Source: Candidatus Poribacteria bacterium (GTDB lineage Bacteria > Poribacteria > WGA-4E > UBA9662). Taken from it: 15,264 bases of DNA. A program made the position numbers and the translations under genes. Of the stretch, positions 1-8,892 are shown piece by piece (position 1 is the stretch's first letter; each line of letters starts with the position of its first letter). The stretch spans positions 1-15,264 of the forward strand of contig JAYGDX010000161.1 of NCBI GenBank assembly GCA_046582655.1. The letters run 5' to 3'. The notes under the pieces were generated by a model. The model saw only the letters and a list, made by a program, of their open reading frames with translations. It did no database searches and was not told where the DNA came from.

Positions 1-64
1 AATACCAACTAGGTTATTAAGCACTCACTGATACCCGCGCAATAGATAACTCGTGTACGGGGTA
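1..64 (+). mobile_element. MITE-like palindromic element, left arm plus core (partial copy 1)
   Basis: 31-64 matches 10702-10735 at 33/34. The reverse complement of 1-38 resembles 10741-10778. Confidence 0.55.
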
Positions 65-146
65 TGTTGACTGGTGAGGGTAGTCACTTTCCCCACTAGC
101 TGTTTTTTTCACTCTCTCCCCAATTCTAAAATTCACTGCCATCTTA

Positions 147-238
147 TGGACGGGACGGAGCCTTGCTCAAACGAATGATGGGCGAATTTGGGCTTATGGA
201 GATGATGGGATGGATTAGTACGATGGAAAAAGTGGATA
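147..238 (+). pseudogene. Degraded two-component-regulator beta-propeller (Reg_prop)-like fragment
   Basis: Translates WTGRSLAQTNDGRIWAYGDDGMD*YDGK, then frameshifts to WI. Resembles the SLAQTxDGxIW...YDGxxW repeat; internal stop. Confidence 0.4.
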
Positions 239-240
239 CA

Positions 241-463
241 ACCGATGATGCAAAGTCCAAAAACTGTACTATAATGGTGAAGTAAAAGGGGAGCAAAACG
301 CTATGGGAAAGATCAATACCGACGCTATTTCTGTCTCTATCGGCAGAAATAGCGAGAGTAATAGAGAACACTACATCGGCCTGGTAGATGAGGTACTATC
401 TGGAACAAAGCATTAACGCAAGCCTAGATCAAAGAAGAGATGGAAAATATCTTTCCTGTCGAG
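241..463 (+). pseudogene. LamG-like jellyroll domain C-terminal fragment
   Basis: KVQKLYYNGEVKGEQNAMGKINTDAISVSIGRNSESNREHYIGLVDEV, frameshift, then IWNKALTQA*IKEEMENIFPVE. Carries the LYxNG, IG and GxxDEVxIWNxAL motifs. Confidence 0.75.
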
Positions 464-516
464 ACTAAATTCGGAGGGAAAGTGAAAGGAACGTACAAAG
501 TGAAAGGAACATCCAA

Positions 517-1287
517 ATGAGTTCGGAAGGTCAGGTAGCTGTCGTGACGGGCGGAGGAGCGGGTATTGGGAAAGCCTGCGTTCTACGGTTCGTGAAAGAG
601 GGAATTCGGGTCGTGTTTGGAGATATGTCTCCAGAAGATGGCGAGAAAACCTGCGCCATGGCAAGGGATGCTGGCGGTGACGTATTGTTCTGCGAAGGGA
701 ACGTAGCGAATGAATCGGACTGTCAGGCCTGGGGACAAGCGGCTCTGGACGCGTGGGGGTATACTGACATTCTGGTTGCGAATGCGGGGGCCCGCGTTGC
801 AGGAAGCATTCTGGACGCCACAGAGGAAGATTGGGAAACGATCATCAATGTGAATCTGAAAGGGGTAGCCTATTCTTGCAAGGCCGTACTGCCAGGGATG
901 ATAAAAAGGAAGTCCGGGTCGATCGTCATTATCTCCTCAGCCAACGCAAGTGTTGGGCGAGAGGGAATGCCTCTCTACGATGCCACGAAGGCGGGTGTGT
1001 CCTCGCTGGCACGGAGCCTGGCAGTCGCGCACGGTAAGGACGGTATTCGGGTGAATGCGATCTGTCCGGGATCTACAACTACTGATTACCACGAACGGCG
1101 CGCTCAGGAGAGAGGGGTTTCACCAGAAAAATTGCGGGAAAGCAGGCAAGGATATGCGCTTCTTGGCCAAGCCGGCGAACCACATCAAATCGCCGCTGCG
1201 GTGAATTTTCTGGCTAGTGACGAGGCGTCGAATATTACGGGACAGGCTTTGATGGTAGATGGAGGTCTGTCTGTGACGTCGGGGTAA
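517..1287 (+). CDS. Classical short-chain dehydrogenase/reductase (SDR)
   Basis: TGGGAGIG, NAG, YDATK (YxxxK), IRVNAICPG and ITGQALMVDGG motifs; AAAGGA RBS upstream. Confidence 0.95.
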   Translation: MSSEGQVAVVTGGGAGIGKACVLRFVKEGIRVVFGDMSPEDGEKTCAMARDAGGDVLFCEGNVANESDCQAWGQAALDAWGYTDILVANAGARVAGSILDATEEDWETIINVNLKGVAYSCKAVLPGMIKRKSGSIVIISSANASVGREGMPLYDATKAGVSSLARSLAVAHGKDGIRVNAICPGSTTTDYHERRAQERGVSPEKLRESRQGYALLGQAGEPHQIAAAVNFLASDEASNITGQALMVDGGLSVTSG

Positions 1288-1407
1288 TAGGCCTGAGAAT
1301 CCCTAGAGCCCATTTCTATTCCGAGAAACGGTTTGGTCAGATTTGCTGAGTCTAGACGATAGTCAAGCGATCGCTCTCCTCAACTACACTTCACCCACAA
1401 ATGACTC

Positions 1408-1441
1408 CACCTCGCTATAAGCCTGCTGGTATAGCGAGGTG
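1408..1441. terminator. Perfect 12-bp stem-loop between convergent genes (possible terminator)
   Basis: CACCTCGCTATA-N10-TATAGCGAGGTG; no clear U tract. Confidence 0.4.
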
Positions 1442-1504
1442 TCAAAGTTAGCAGCCACAGCGGCCATGCGTTCCTGTTCTTGCTGTCTATCTAGCCCAGC
1501 CACC

Positions 1505-1597
1505 TCACCCTATCAACATGTATCCAATGTATCTCTCAATGATTAAGGCCATAGTCTCTTGTCGATGTTCAGCTAATTGCTTCAATTGTTGATGTTG
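1505..1597 (-). pseudogene. Possible ribbon-helix-helix (CopG-like) fragment
   Basis: QHQQLKQLAEHRQETMALII resembles the RHH helix-turn-helix portion. It has no start and abuts the ankyrin fragment. Confidence 0.25.
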
Positions 1598-1746
1598 TCT
1601 TGACCGCGACTTGCTGCCACATGTAGTGGCGTCAAGTTCTTCGCGTCACGTACCTTTACCAGTTCAGGGTTCGCTTTGAGTAAATTCTGGACAGGTTCCA
1701 GATCACCGTGAAACGTTAGATAAAATATTGGATGGTTTGCAGAAAT
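1597..1746 (-). pseudogene. Ankyrin-repeat protein N-terminal fragment
   Basis: HPIFYLTFHGDLEPVQNLLKANPELVKVRDAKNLTPLHVAASRGQD breaks off mid-repeat. GGAG precedes an ATT that may be a mutated start. Confidence 0.8.
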
Positions 1747-1897
1747 AAGAAGAACTCCCCTTTCCCACGCCTCAACAAACATCATTCAAACCCAGAAAAG
1801 CACCTATCTACTATCTTGTTCCGTACTTACTACAACGTCTGATTAAAGATATCTGTAAATCAAGGATTTTGGCTTCACCTGTAACTCGAACATACCT

Positions 1898-2740
1898 TTA
1901 AGGGGCTAATGCGCGAACTAATTCGTCATCGAACAAACCTATAGCAACACGGGCAAACAGCCACAGGTGAATGCGTTCGTGATCCACAGCGAGCAGATCG
2001 CCAAAGTGACGGATCATCTCTTCAGGCCCCGAACGCAACCTCGTATCACAATTTAATAGGTGTTGCGTTGCATCATAGGCCGGATCCCCGACAAATGGCT
2101 TCGGGTCGATGACGAGCCATGGCTCGCGTTGAGCTTGAAGCATATTCCCTGCATGTAAGTCAGTAGCCAACAGCACCTCAGACGGGGCGTTGTTTGACAA
2201 TTCTTCAAAAATGCGTAATCCTTCTCTGACAAATCCTGCATCGAACCAATGGTCAGCTTTTTCCAACGATTCTTTGCTCCACGACGCGATCATTTCTGAT
2301 AAATGACGGAATGGATGTGCCTTAGGCGGAATACGCCATAACCTTCTCAACAGCTTTGCAATAACCTCGTCCTGTTCATGTTCAGGTCTCCTGCGTAGCG
2401 GTATGCCGGGCTGGCAATGTTCAAGTAGCATTGCGTTCAGTTCAACAGCCGACTCTAAAACGAACACGGTTGGATCTCCGTTCCAGAAAATCAATCCATC
2501 GATTTCGCTCTCGGCTTCCATATGGGGCATACCAAGCTTTAGTACAGCAGATGTTCCATCTTGTCTGACACATGGTGCAACCCAGGAACAACTAGCGTCC
2601 TCAAAAGGTTCACTGAGAGTAAGTGACCAACGTTGTCTAAGATCAATGATGGCACTGGGTAGTTGATCTAGCCACGCCATACCGGCAGTCGTTTGGCTGC
2701 AATTTTTTGCTATTCGTTTAGGTATAGTGATATCATGCAT
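1898..2740 (-). CDS. Aminoglycoside/hydroxyurea-resistance kinase family protein (APH(6)/streptomycin 6-kinase-like)
   Basis: AWLDQLP...RWSL, AVLKL, LLATDLHAGNML and WLVIDPKPFVGDPAYD motifs. Confidence 0.9.
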   Translation of the reverse strand: MHDITIPKRIAKNCSQTTAGMAWLDQLPSAIIDLRQRWSLTLSEPFEDASCSWVAPCVRQDGTSAVLKLGMPHMEAESEIDGLIFWNGDPTVFVLESAVELNAMLLEHCQPGIPLRRRPEHEQDEVIAKLLRRLWRIPPKAHPFRHLSEMIASWSKESLEKADHWFDAGFVREGLRIFEELSNNAPSEVLLATDLHAGNMLQAQREPWLVIDPKPFVGDPAYDATQHLLNCDTRLRSGPEEMIRHFGDLLAVDHERIHLWLFARVAIGLFDDELVRALAP

Positions 2741-2768
2741 TCAGTAAAATCTAACCACCTGGTTCGGT

Positions 2769-2834
2769 TACGCTGTTTTAAAACCTGATCTTTTGCGCTA
2801 GAAAAATATCCGACGTATTGTATGTACCGCCGTG
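2769..2834 (-). repeat. 66-bp dispersed element, copy 1
   Basis: Reverse complement aligns without gaps to 10853-10918 (56/66) and 13596-13661 (56/66). Confidence 0.9.
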
Positions 2835-2835
2835 A

Positions 2836-3042
2836 GGGGGAGGGTTGCAGTCGCTGTAAAAGGCGATTCAAGGCGTCATGGGCAAACGCCTTGTCTACTT
2901 GCCCTGGTGTTTTTTCCGCTTCCAGACAACTATAACTCTTTTGTGTTGCAACTAAAAAGTCGATGTAGTGGTTTTCGTTACATTTTGCCTCTCTCGTACT
3001 GTAAAGTATAACCCTTTCTTTGCTCAAATGCGTTACTCCTAA
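2836..3042 (-). mobile_element. IS701-family remnant: left end plus transposase N-terminus
   Basis: (ACG)REAKCNENHYIDFLVATQKSYSCLEAE...AHDALNRLLQRLQPS matches the IS701-type transposase N-terminus. End-like sequence TTAGGAGTAACGCA at 3029-3042. Cut off at the 66-bp element. Confidence 0.75.
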
Positions 3043-3185
3043 CTAACTAGAATTAAAGGTTTGGTGCGAAAAACGACTTACTTTTCCACGTCAATTCAAA
3101 TGCATGACATTGTTATTGACTACGACATTAACCGATTTGAGTTTGGACTGGTAATGTTGCAAAACAACAAAATTGGGACACTACC
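3043..3185 (+). mobile_element. IS1-family remnant: transposase (InsB-like) C-terminus plus right terminal repeat
   Basis: TRIKGLVRKTTYFSTSIQMHDIVIDYDINRFEFG matches the InsB tail (TRIKRLxRKTxxFSKSxxMHDxVI). Ends in TTGGGACACTACC, i.e. GGTAGTGTCCCAA on the minus strand. Confidence 0.85.
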
Positions 3186-3268
3186 GTTAGCATGGAGGTG
3201 GCTTTCGGACAGGACTCATTTTTCGGCCGGGTCAATGGAAATTCGGCATGACTTATGCAAAACCTGAA

Positions 3269-3718
3269 CTATCGCATGATTATCGGTAAAACCACCTGCG
3301 ATGGGTGTTCGGGGCAATGGTAAGTTGCCTGTTCCGCGATTTTTTTCCGTCGCTCTACGCCGAGTTTTCCACCTGTGTTCGGGCTCACGTCAAATCGAGG
3401 GAAGTTGCTACTGGAGATATCAAGGCGGATACGATGGCCTTTCTTGAAGACATTGGAAGTTGGGTAGAGTTGGAAGATAAACTCGTAGATTTTGCCAGGA
3501 TCGAGCAGTTCGGGCTTTTCCCAACCGTTACGATAGCGGGCACGGATAATTGAGTCAGTCAAGTTAATGGCCAGCCCATTGGGATAGTCCTCGCTCAGTG
3601 GGCAAACGTCAATTAACTTCGCCGTAAAGTCGGTGTCGCAGCAAGAGGACGAAGCGTAGAGTTTAACTGTAATCGGCCCCGTCACTTCTACATCGATTTC
3701 CAGCAGGTCAGTCTGGAA
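3269..3718 (-). pseudogene. CocE/NonD-family hydrolase, C-terminal domain only (5' truncated)
   Basis: FQTDLLEIDVEVTGPITVKLYASSS..DTDFTAKLIDV and GHRIRLDISSSNFPRFD motifs; the catalytic N-terminal domain is absent. Confidence 0.9.
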
Positions 3719-4111
3719 GAATGGGAGTACGCCACCCGTGAAGGATTGAGCGGCAAGCGTTATCCGTGGGGTGATAAACTAACCCATGATGATGCCAACT
3801 ATTGGGGTACTGGTGACAAGGATAAGTGGGAGTATTGTGCCCCTGTAGGCAGCTTTGAGTCTAATGGCTATGGCCTGTATGATATGGCAGGCAATGTCTG
3901 GGAATGGTGTTCTGATTGGTTTGGTGGAGGCTACTATGCTACCTCCCCCCTGAAGAACCCGACAGGGCCAACTACAGGTAACCAGCGTGTTTTGCGGGGC
4001 GGTTCTTGGAACGTCCTTACCTTCGCCCTGCGTGCAGCTAACCGCAACTACGACGATCCGGCGTTTGCCAGCGGCATCATCGGTTTTCGTTGTGTGTCAG
4101 GATCAAAATAA
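3719..4111 (+). pseudogene. FGE-sulfatase/SUMF1 (C-type lectin fold) domain, 5' truncated
   Basis: [34 protein letters not shown] and RVLRGGSW...GFRCV; begins in the middle of the LPTEAEWEY motif. Confidence 0.9.
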
Positions 4112-4209
4112 TTACCATTTCGGATAAGAATATACTGAGGTTCTGTAGTGATGAAAGAGATGACCTTAAACCCGGCAGCTGACTATCTAGTAATTCGGTA
4201 TTAAATAAT

Positions 4210-5439
4210 ATGTCTCAAATCATAAAGCAATTACCCGATCAACCTCAATTAGAATTACTTAGGACTGAGGCTAAGCAACTGGTGCAAGATCAACAAATTT
4301 CTTCATTATCTGAGGCCGAACAATTGATCTCGGAGTCTTATGGATTTCCGAATTGGATTACTTTGGTTGAATATGTCGAAGTTGTAAATTCAGGGGAGAT
4401 TGATAGATTAGAACAATCGTTTATTTTCGACGACCAGAATACTTTAAGACAACTTTTAAAGCAAGATCCACAGTTAGTTCACCGTTGTGCTCATTGGGTG
4501 AAACGACAGAGGCACAACAAGTATCAACCATTAGCCTATGCCGCTTACTTGGGTCGGATAGAAATTATGGAAATGCTTATTACTGCCGGTGCAGACATCA
4601 ATTGTGATAATGGACAAGCTATGATGGCAGCCACATATTCCCCAGAGGCAAAGGCGGGAATCGAATTGCTCATAAAATATGGTGCCGATCCCAATAGTAG
4701 AAAGGTCAAAGGAAACGGTATATCCTATAGCGCTGTAGATTTCGCTTGTATGGTTCTCAATCCAGATGCACTTCAATGTTTACTGGACAACGGGGCAGCA
4801 ATTACAAGAGACGGCTTAGCTCGGGTGGTAGCTTCTAATGAGAGGAAGCCAAGGCATAAATCTCAATGTCTTAAACTGATAGCAGATGCAGGACTATTCT
4901 TGCCAGACACTCCTCCCATGGCACTGCATCGCCGGGACATAATTAGGTTACGGCAATTTCTAAATGAGGATACGTCTTTGCTCTCACGTGTTTTTTCAGA
5001 AACAGATATTTTTCCCCCTGAGCTGGGAATCGAAGCTCCATCTCCCTGTGCATATGTAACGCCTCTAATCGGAGGTGTCTCATTACTTCACATGGCCGTC
5101 GAATTTTGCGATCTAGAATTATCTGCCTGGTTGCTTCAGCAAGGTGCGAATGTTAATCAGCCCGCGGCTGTGAATACTGAAGGCTATGGTGGATGGACAC
5201 CAATCTTTCATTCACTAGCGACACTTCACGTACCAAGAAATTTCTCAGAAATCGCGGCGTTGTTGATGTCGCACGGTGCTGATCCATACATTAGGGCATC
5301 CATTAGCAAGCCAACCATTGAAGACGAGGGTAGAGTCAATTTTGACCATGTCACCGCTATCGAGTACGCACACAATTTTATCTACCCTGACCTTGTAAAT
5401 CGAAATGCTCTTCATCTGGTTGAGGACTGGTTGTTTTGA
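4210..5439 (+). CDS. Ankyrin repeat protein
   Basis: PLAYAAYLG..LITAGADIN, SLLHMAVEF..LLQQGANVN and GWTPIFH repeats; N-terminal LPxxPxLExLRxEAK..YGFxNW helical module. Confidence 0.9.
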   Translation: MSQIIKQLPDQPQLELLRTEAKQLVQDQQISSLSEAEQLISESYGFPNWITLVEYVEVVNSGEIDRLEQSFIFDDQNTLRQLLKQDPQLVHRCAHWVKRQRHNKYQPLAYAAYLGRIEIMEMLITAGADINCDNGQAMMAATYSPEAKAGIELLIKYGADPNSRKVKGNGISYSAVDFACMVLNPDALQCLLDNGAAITRDGLARVVASNERKPRHKSQCLKLIADAGLFLPDTPPMALHRRDIIRLRQFLNEDTSLLSRVFSETDIFPPELGIEAPSPCAYVTPLIGGVSLLHMAVEFCDLELSAWLLQQGANVNQPAAVNTEGYGGWTPIFHSLATLHVPRNFSEIAALLMSHGADPYIRASISKPTIEDEGRVNFDHVTAIEYAHNFIYPDLVNRNALHLVEDWLF

Positions 5440-5737
5440 GAATATTAGAGCAGTTATACTAATTTTGGATAACATGGAACCGGAGAGCTTACTAGGTTTC
5501 AACCGTTCTCTCGATTTTTAGATCTCGAGCCGAAAACGAATTGAAGACCAAAGTGAGGTTTAGTCTTTTCCGCCACAATGTCCAATCTAAGATTGTGAAT
5601 CAGCTAAATAAAGCCAAAATACTTTAAAGTGGACTATGGATCACATTATGTCAATAAAGACCAATTGGGATCTAACTCCGTGCATAGCACGGTCTTTACC
5701 ACTTGGTATAGATTGACCATTAGCGCATCGAAGGTGC

Positions 5738-5887
5738 TTATTCTGGTGCAAATACAGCCTTGAGTCTTACCAGTAAAGGTTGGGGACGTCGTGCTTCTTC
5801 GAGCTGTTGCCGTTGAGCGTCAACGGTATTTTGGGAGACTGCGTGAAGTTGTTGTTGCTGATCGAGTGCTTGTTGAAGTTTGTCGAT
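5738..5887 (-). pseudogene. C-terminal coiled-coil fragment (DUF536-like tail)
   Basis: IDKLQQALDQQQQLHAVSQNTVDAQRQQLEEARRPQPLLVRLKAVFAPE*; no standard start codon before the in-frame stop at 5906-5908. Confidence 0.5.
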
Positions 5888-5899
5888 CGGGCGGCTGTT

Positions 5900-5927
5900 C
5901 TGTATTTAAGTTAAAACTAACATACAA
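5900..5927. promoter_or_regulatory. 28-bp imperfect palindrome, copy 1, immediately before RBS/ATG
   Basis: CTGTATTTAAG-TTAAAA-CTAACATACAA; 24/28 identical to 8842-8869. Confidence 0.65.
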
Positions 5928-5934
5928 GGAATAT

Positions 5935-8532
5935 ATGGTGGTTCAGAGATTAGTTGTTGTGTTTCTGGTGATGTTTAGCTTTGAAGTTTATTCTGAAGAT
6001 GAAAAAGAAACTCCCTTTTTCATATCATCAGAAATTGAGGATATAGATAAAATTCGGAAGGAAATTGGAACCTTGCCTACAACAGAATCTAATGCAGCCG
6101 ACAGAAGGGCTGCTTTATATCGATGGTGGCGTTTCATGTGGCGTCAGGGAATGGATATGAGTCGTTTTGATTCCTTAGCCAATCTTCTCATCAACAATCA
6201 AAATGATACTGACTTAGGTCAAAAATTCATATCTGAAGGATTTCAACGATTGGAAGAAATGTGGTCCAATCCAATTTTTATTCAAGAAATTAATGGATCC
6301 ATGCCTTCTCCTACCGGAACAACTACTAATTGGCCAGTTTATCATGGTGTAAATGGATCTCAATCAGGCTTTTCACCAGATGAGGGGCCTTCGCTAGGAA
6401 AAGTAGTCTGGAAATTTCCAAAGACAAACGGCTGGAATGCTGCGGTGGTTATAAAAGAAGGTAAAATCTATACCTCAGGAGCAGGATCGGATGTGATTGC
6501 CTACTGTCTGGATGAAAAAACAGGAGAAGTAGTTTGGAAGGGTCGCCAACATTCTCCCAGTTATTACAACAATCCCGGTTCAAAACATACTCCTTTTACG
6601 ACAGATAAAGAGGTAATAATTCGTGCGGGCAGGAACTTTCACATTTTTAACAAAAGCACAGGTGAAAAAATATTAAATCAAAATATACAAAAGTCCAACT
6701 GGAAAGGGATCGCTGAAAAACCTGTAGTATTCAATTACAACAACAAATATGTAATTCTTTTAGATGCTGTCAGCGGACAAGGAATCTGGCAATTTGAACC
6801 TGATGGCCTTATCACAAGCGATCCAATGCTTTCAGATAACAATGCAGTAGTTTATACCACTTCAACCAATAATACAGCATATAAGCTGAATACTGCTAAT
6901 GGATCGATGCTTTGGGAAAAAACCCTACCTGCTCAACCAAGAGGTGAAATTGCGCTAGGAGCAAAACAAATCTATGTAGGAACGAAAGACGCCACATTAC
7001 TTACACTGGACAAAGAAAGTTCAGAAGTGAATTGGATTTTTAAACCAGAAGAGATTGAAAACAAAGCTTATGAATTTTATTCTTCAGGTTTGGAAATAGA
7101 CGAGCGACTTTATATCGGTGCAGCCAACAAATATTTGTACTGCCTGAATACAAGGTCAGGACAATTAATTTGGAAACATAAACTAACAGATTGGATCAGG
7201 TCAAAGCCTTTGCTCATCGGCAACACCATTTATGCGGCAACTTTAGATGGACGGGTGCATGCTGTTACAGACAGTGGGCAGTCTGTACATCTAAAATGGA
7301 GCAAACAAATCTCGAATCATGGATTTACCGCTGATCTCTCCGGTAATAAAAATGGTGTAATAGCCAGCGATAGAAATATGATGATCTTTTCCATACACCC
7401 AGAAAAAGGAACAATTCAATGGAAACACAGTGTATTGGACGGAGCGTGGATAAATGGAAAATTCTATGCTGATGAAGAAATTTCTGGACAGCAAAGTTCG
7501 CCCACCGTAGTAGATAGCAAATTGTATATTGCCAGTCCTGATGGATTTGTTAATGCCGTGGATACTGAGAGTGGCAAAGAAATATGGCGTTTCGAAACGA
7601 AGAGTAGTTGCTCTCCCTCTCCCACTGTTGCAGAAGGGAAAGTTTTTGTTGGCCAGACATATCAAAGCTTTGGCGAGTACTTTGCCCTGGACAAAGATAC
7701 AGGGGAACCTGTATGGAGTAGTAGTGATTTGGGATCTGTCTGGATCAGTGCCGGATATGCAAACGGTAAGCTTTTCTTGGGTGACATGAATGGAAACTTT
7801 TTCTGTGTTGATCCTAATACTGGAAAAAAGATTTGGAACTATTACACTGCTGAAAATACTCCTAATGAGAATCGACCTCTCGACGAACATACAGGTCATG
7901 GATGGCCTCCAGGCGTATATTGCAATCCTGTAACTGAAGGAAATGTTGTGTATGTTGGTTCATGGTCAGGATATTATTTCGCCTTTGATCAGGAAACAGG
8001 AAAATTGCTTTGGCGAACGAAAACACAACCTGAAGGCGTAAATGGTGGACTGCCCGATTCGGCAGCACCTGTTTTGCACAAGGATCACTTGTATGTTCAA
8101 AAGGCAGGGACTTTCCTTGTAGCCTTAAACAAATATACCGGTGAAATTGAGTGGGAGTGGTTTGCACCGCCTGGATTTTTACAGAACGGAACAGTTGCCG
8201 CAAATGGTGATAAAGTATTTGCCTCGGTAGTACGTCAAGTGACCAGCTTACCCTACAATGCTACCATTTTTGCTTTCAGCGATGTAGAAAATGGTAGTGA
8301 AATACTATGGCAATATAAAGGTGGCGGAGGCCTTACCGCTCCGGTGATGACCAAAGACAAATTGATCTTCGGGTCATCCGCTGATCCGTTTATAATATGT
8401 CTTAATCCTGAAAGTGGAGAAGTAATATGGCGCACTCATGTCGGCGGTATGATGCTGGAAAGTGTTCCTGCTTTGTACGGAAATAAAGTTTTTGCGCTCA
8501 TCAAAAATGGATATTTGTACGCAATTGAATAA
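5935..8532 (+). CDS. Secreted PQQ-binding-like (BamB-type) beta-propeller repeat protein, 865 aa
   Basis: Many xxLDxxTGxxxW Trp-docking repeats. ATG at 5935 has an AAGGA RBS and a hydrophobic signal peptide; the 5791 start in the ORF track is an upstream extension. Confidence 0.9.
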   Translation: MVVQRLVVVFLVMFSFEVYSEDEKETPFFISSEIEDIDKIRKEIGTLPTTESNAADRRAALYRWWRFMWRQGMDMSRFDSLANLLINNQNDTDLGQKFISEGFQRLEEMWSNPIFIQEINGSMPSPTGTTTNWPVYHGVNGSQSGFSPDEGPSLGKVVWKFPKTNGWNAAVVIKEGKIYTSGAGSDVIAYCLDEKTGEVVWKGRQHSPSYYNNPGSKHTPFTTDKEVIIRAGRNFHIFNKSTGEKILNQNIQKSNWKGIAEKPVVFNYNNKYVILLDAVSGQGIWQFEPDGLITSDPMLSDNNAVVYTTSTNNTAYKLNTANGSMLWEKTLPAQPRGEIALGAKQIYVGTKDATLLTLDKESSEVNWIFKPEEIENKAYEFYSSGLEIDERLYIGAANKYLYCLNTRSGQLIWKHKLTDWIRSKPLLIGNTIYAATLDGRVHAVTDSGQSVHLKWSKQISNHGFTADLSGNKNGVIASDRNMMIFSIHPEKGTIQWKHSVLDGAWINGKFYADEEISGQQSSPTVVDSKLYIASPDGFVNAVDTESGKEIWRFETKSSCSPSPTVAEGKVFVGQTYQSFGEYFALDKDTGEPVWSSSDLGSVWISAGYANGKLFLGDMNGNFFCVDPNTGKKIWNYYTAENTPNENRPLDEHTGHGWPPGVYCNPVTEGNVVYVGSWSGYYFAFDQETGKLLWRTKTQPEGVNGGLPDSAAPVLHKDHLYVQKAGTFLVALNKYTGEIEWEWFAPPGFLQNGTVAANGDKVFASVVRQVTSLPYNATIFAFSDVENGSEILWQYKGGGGLTAPVMTKDKLIFGSSADPFIICLNPESGEVIWRTHVGGMMLESVPALYGNKVFALIKNGYLYAIE

Positions 8533-8553
8533 TTCAAAAAGAATTTTTAAAAC

Positions 8554-8796
8554 ATGAAAATAAACATTAGAAACTTAGCTACAACGATATTGACCTTATC
8601 GATTCTATTTGCGAATGCTCAGAGCGACTTTGTATCCAGCGACAGTAAAGACATTGATGTTGTCCGAAAGGCGATTCTATCGAACGCTACAGATGAAACC
8701 AATTTCAGAAAAAGATCCATACTTATGTACGTGTGTCTGGGTGCCATCTCCATCAGATTGTGCACGGGGAGTGGCCTGCCGATGAAGATCAACTAG
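8554..8796 (+). pseudogene. 3'-truncated paralog of the N-terminus of the propeller gene
   Basis: Signal peptide, then FVSSDSKDIDVVRKAILSNATDETNFRKRSILMY, versus FISSEIEDIDKIRKEIGTLPTTESNAADRRAALY in the upstream gene. Similarity ends near 8730-8750. Confidence 0.75.
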
Positions 8797-8841
8797 CAAG
8801 CAAGTACTCCATATTTCTGACAAAGTCTTGAAGGAGTTAGG

Positions 8842-8869
8842 TTGTATTTAAGTTAAAACTTAAGTACAA
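8842..8869. promoter_or_regulatory. 28-bp palindrome, copy 2
   Basis: TTGTATTTAAG-TTAAAA-CTTAAGTACAA (13-bp arms with one mismatch), ending 23 bp before ATG 8893. Confidence 0.7.
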
Positions 8870-8892
8870 GCAGAGCAAGATAGTGGGAAAAT

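Noticed and set aside
323..354. 13-bp hairpin CGCTATTTCTGTC/GGCAGAAATAGCG
   Set aside because: Lies inside the LamG coding remnant; probably incidental.
1821..1892. Possible fourth, inverted, degenerate copy of the 66-bp element at the far side of the kinase gene
   Set aside because: About 17/23 matches at the start, but many gaps are needed afterwards; not distinguishable from chance by eye.
2710..3027. 105-aa ORF as a real gene
   Set aside because: It is read-through of an IS701 fragment into the non-coding 66-bp element.
5629..5656. dif/pdif-like site (TTATGTCAATA XerD-like arm); lone XerC-like arms also near 4117 and 14077
   Set aside because: In each case the partner arm does not match.
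5791..5934. Longer start for the propeller gene
   Set aside because: Overlaps an antisense coiled-coil fragment; the RBS and signal peptide support ATG 5935.
7291..7899. 202-aa antisense ORF and other short track ORFs inside larger genes
   Set aside because: Antisense or alternate-frame shadows of well-supported CDSs.
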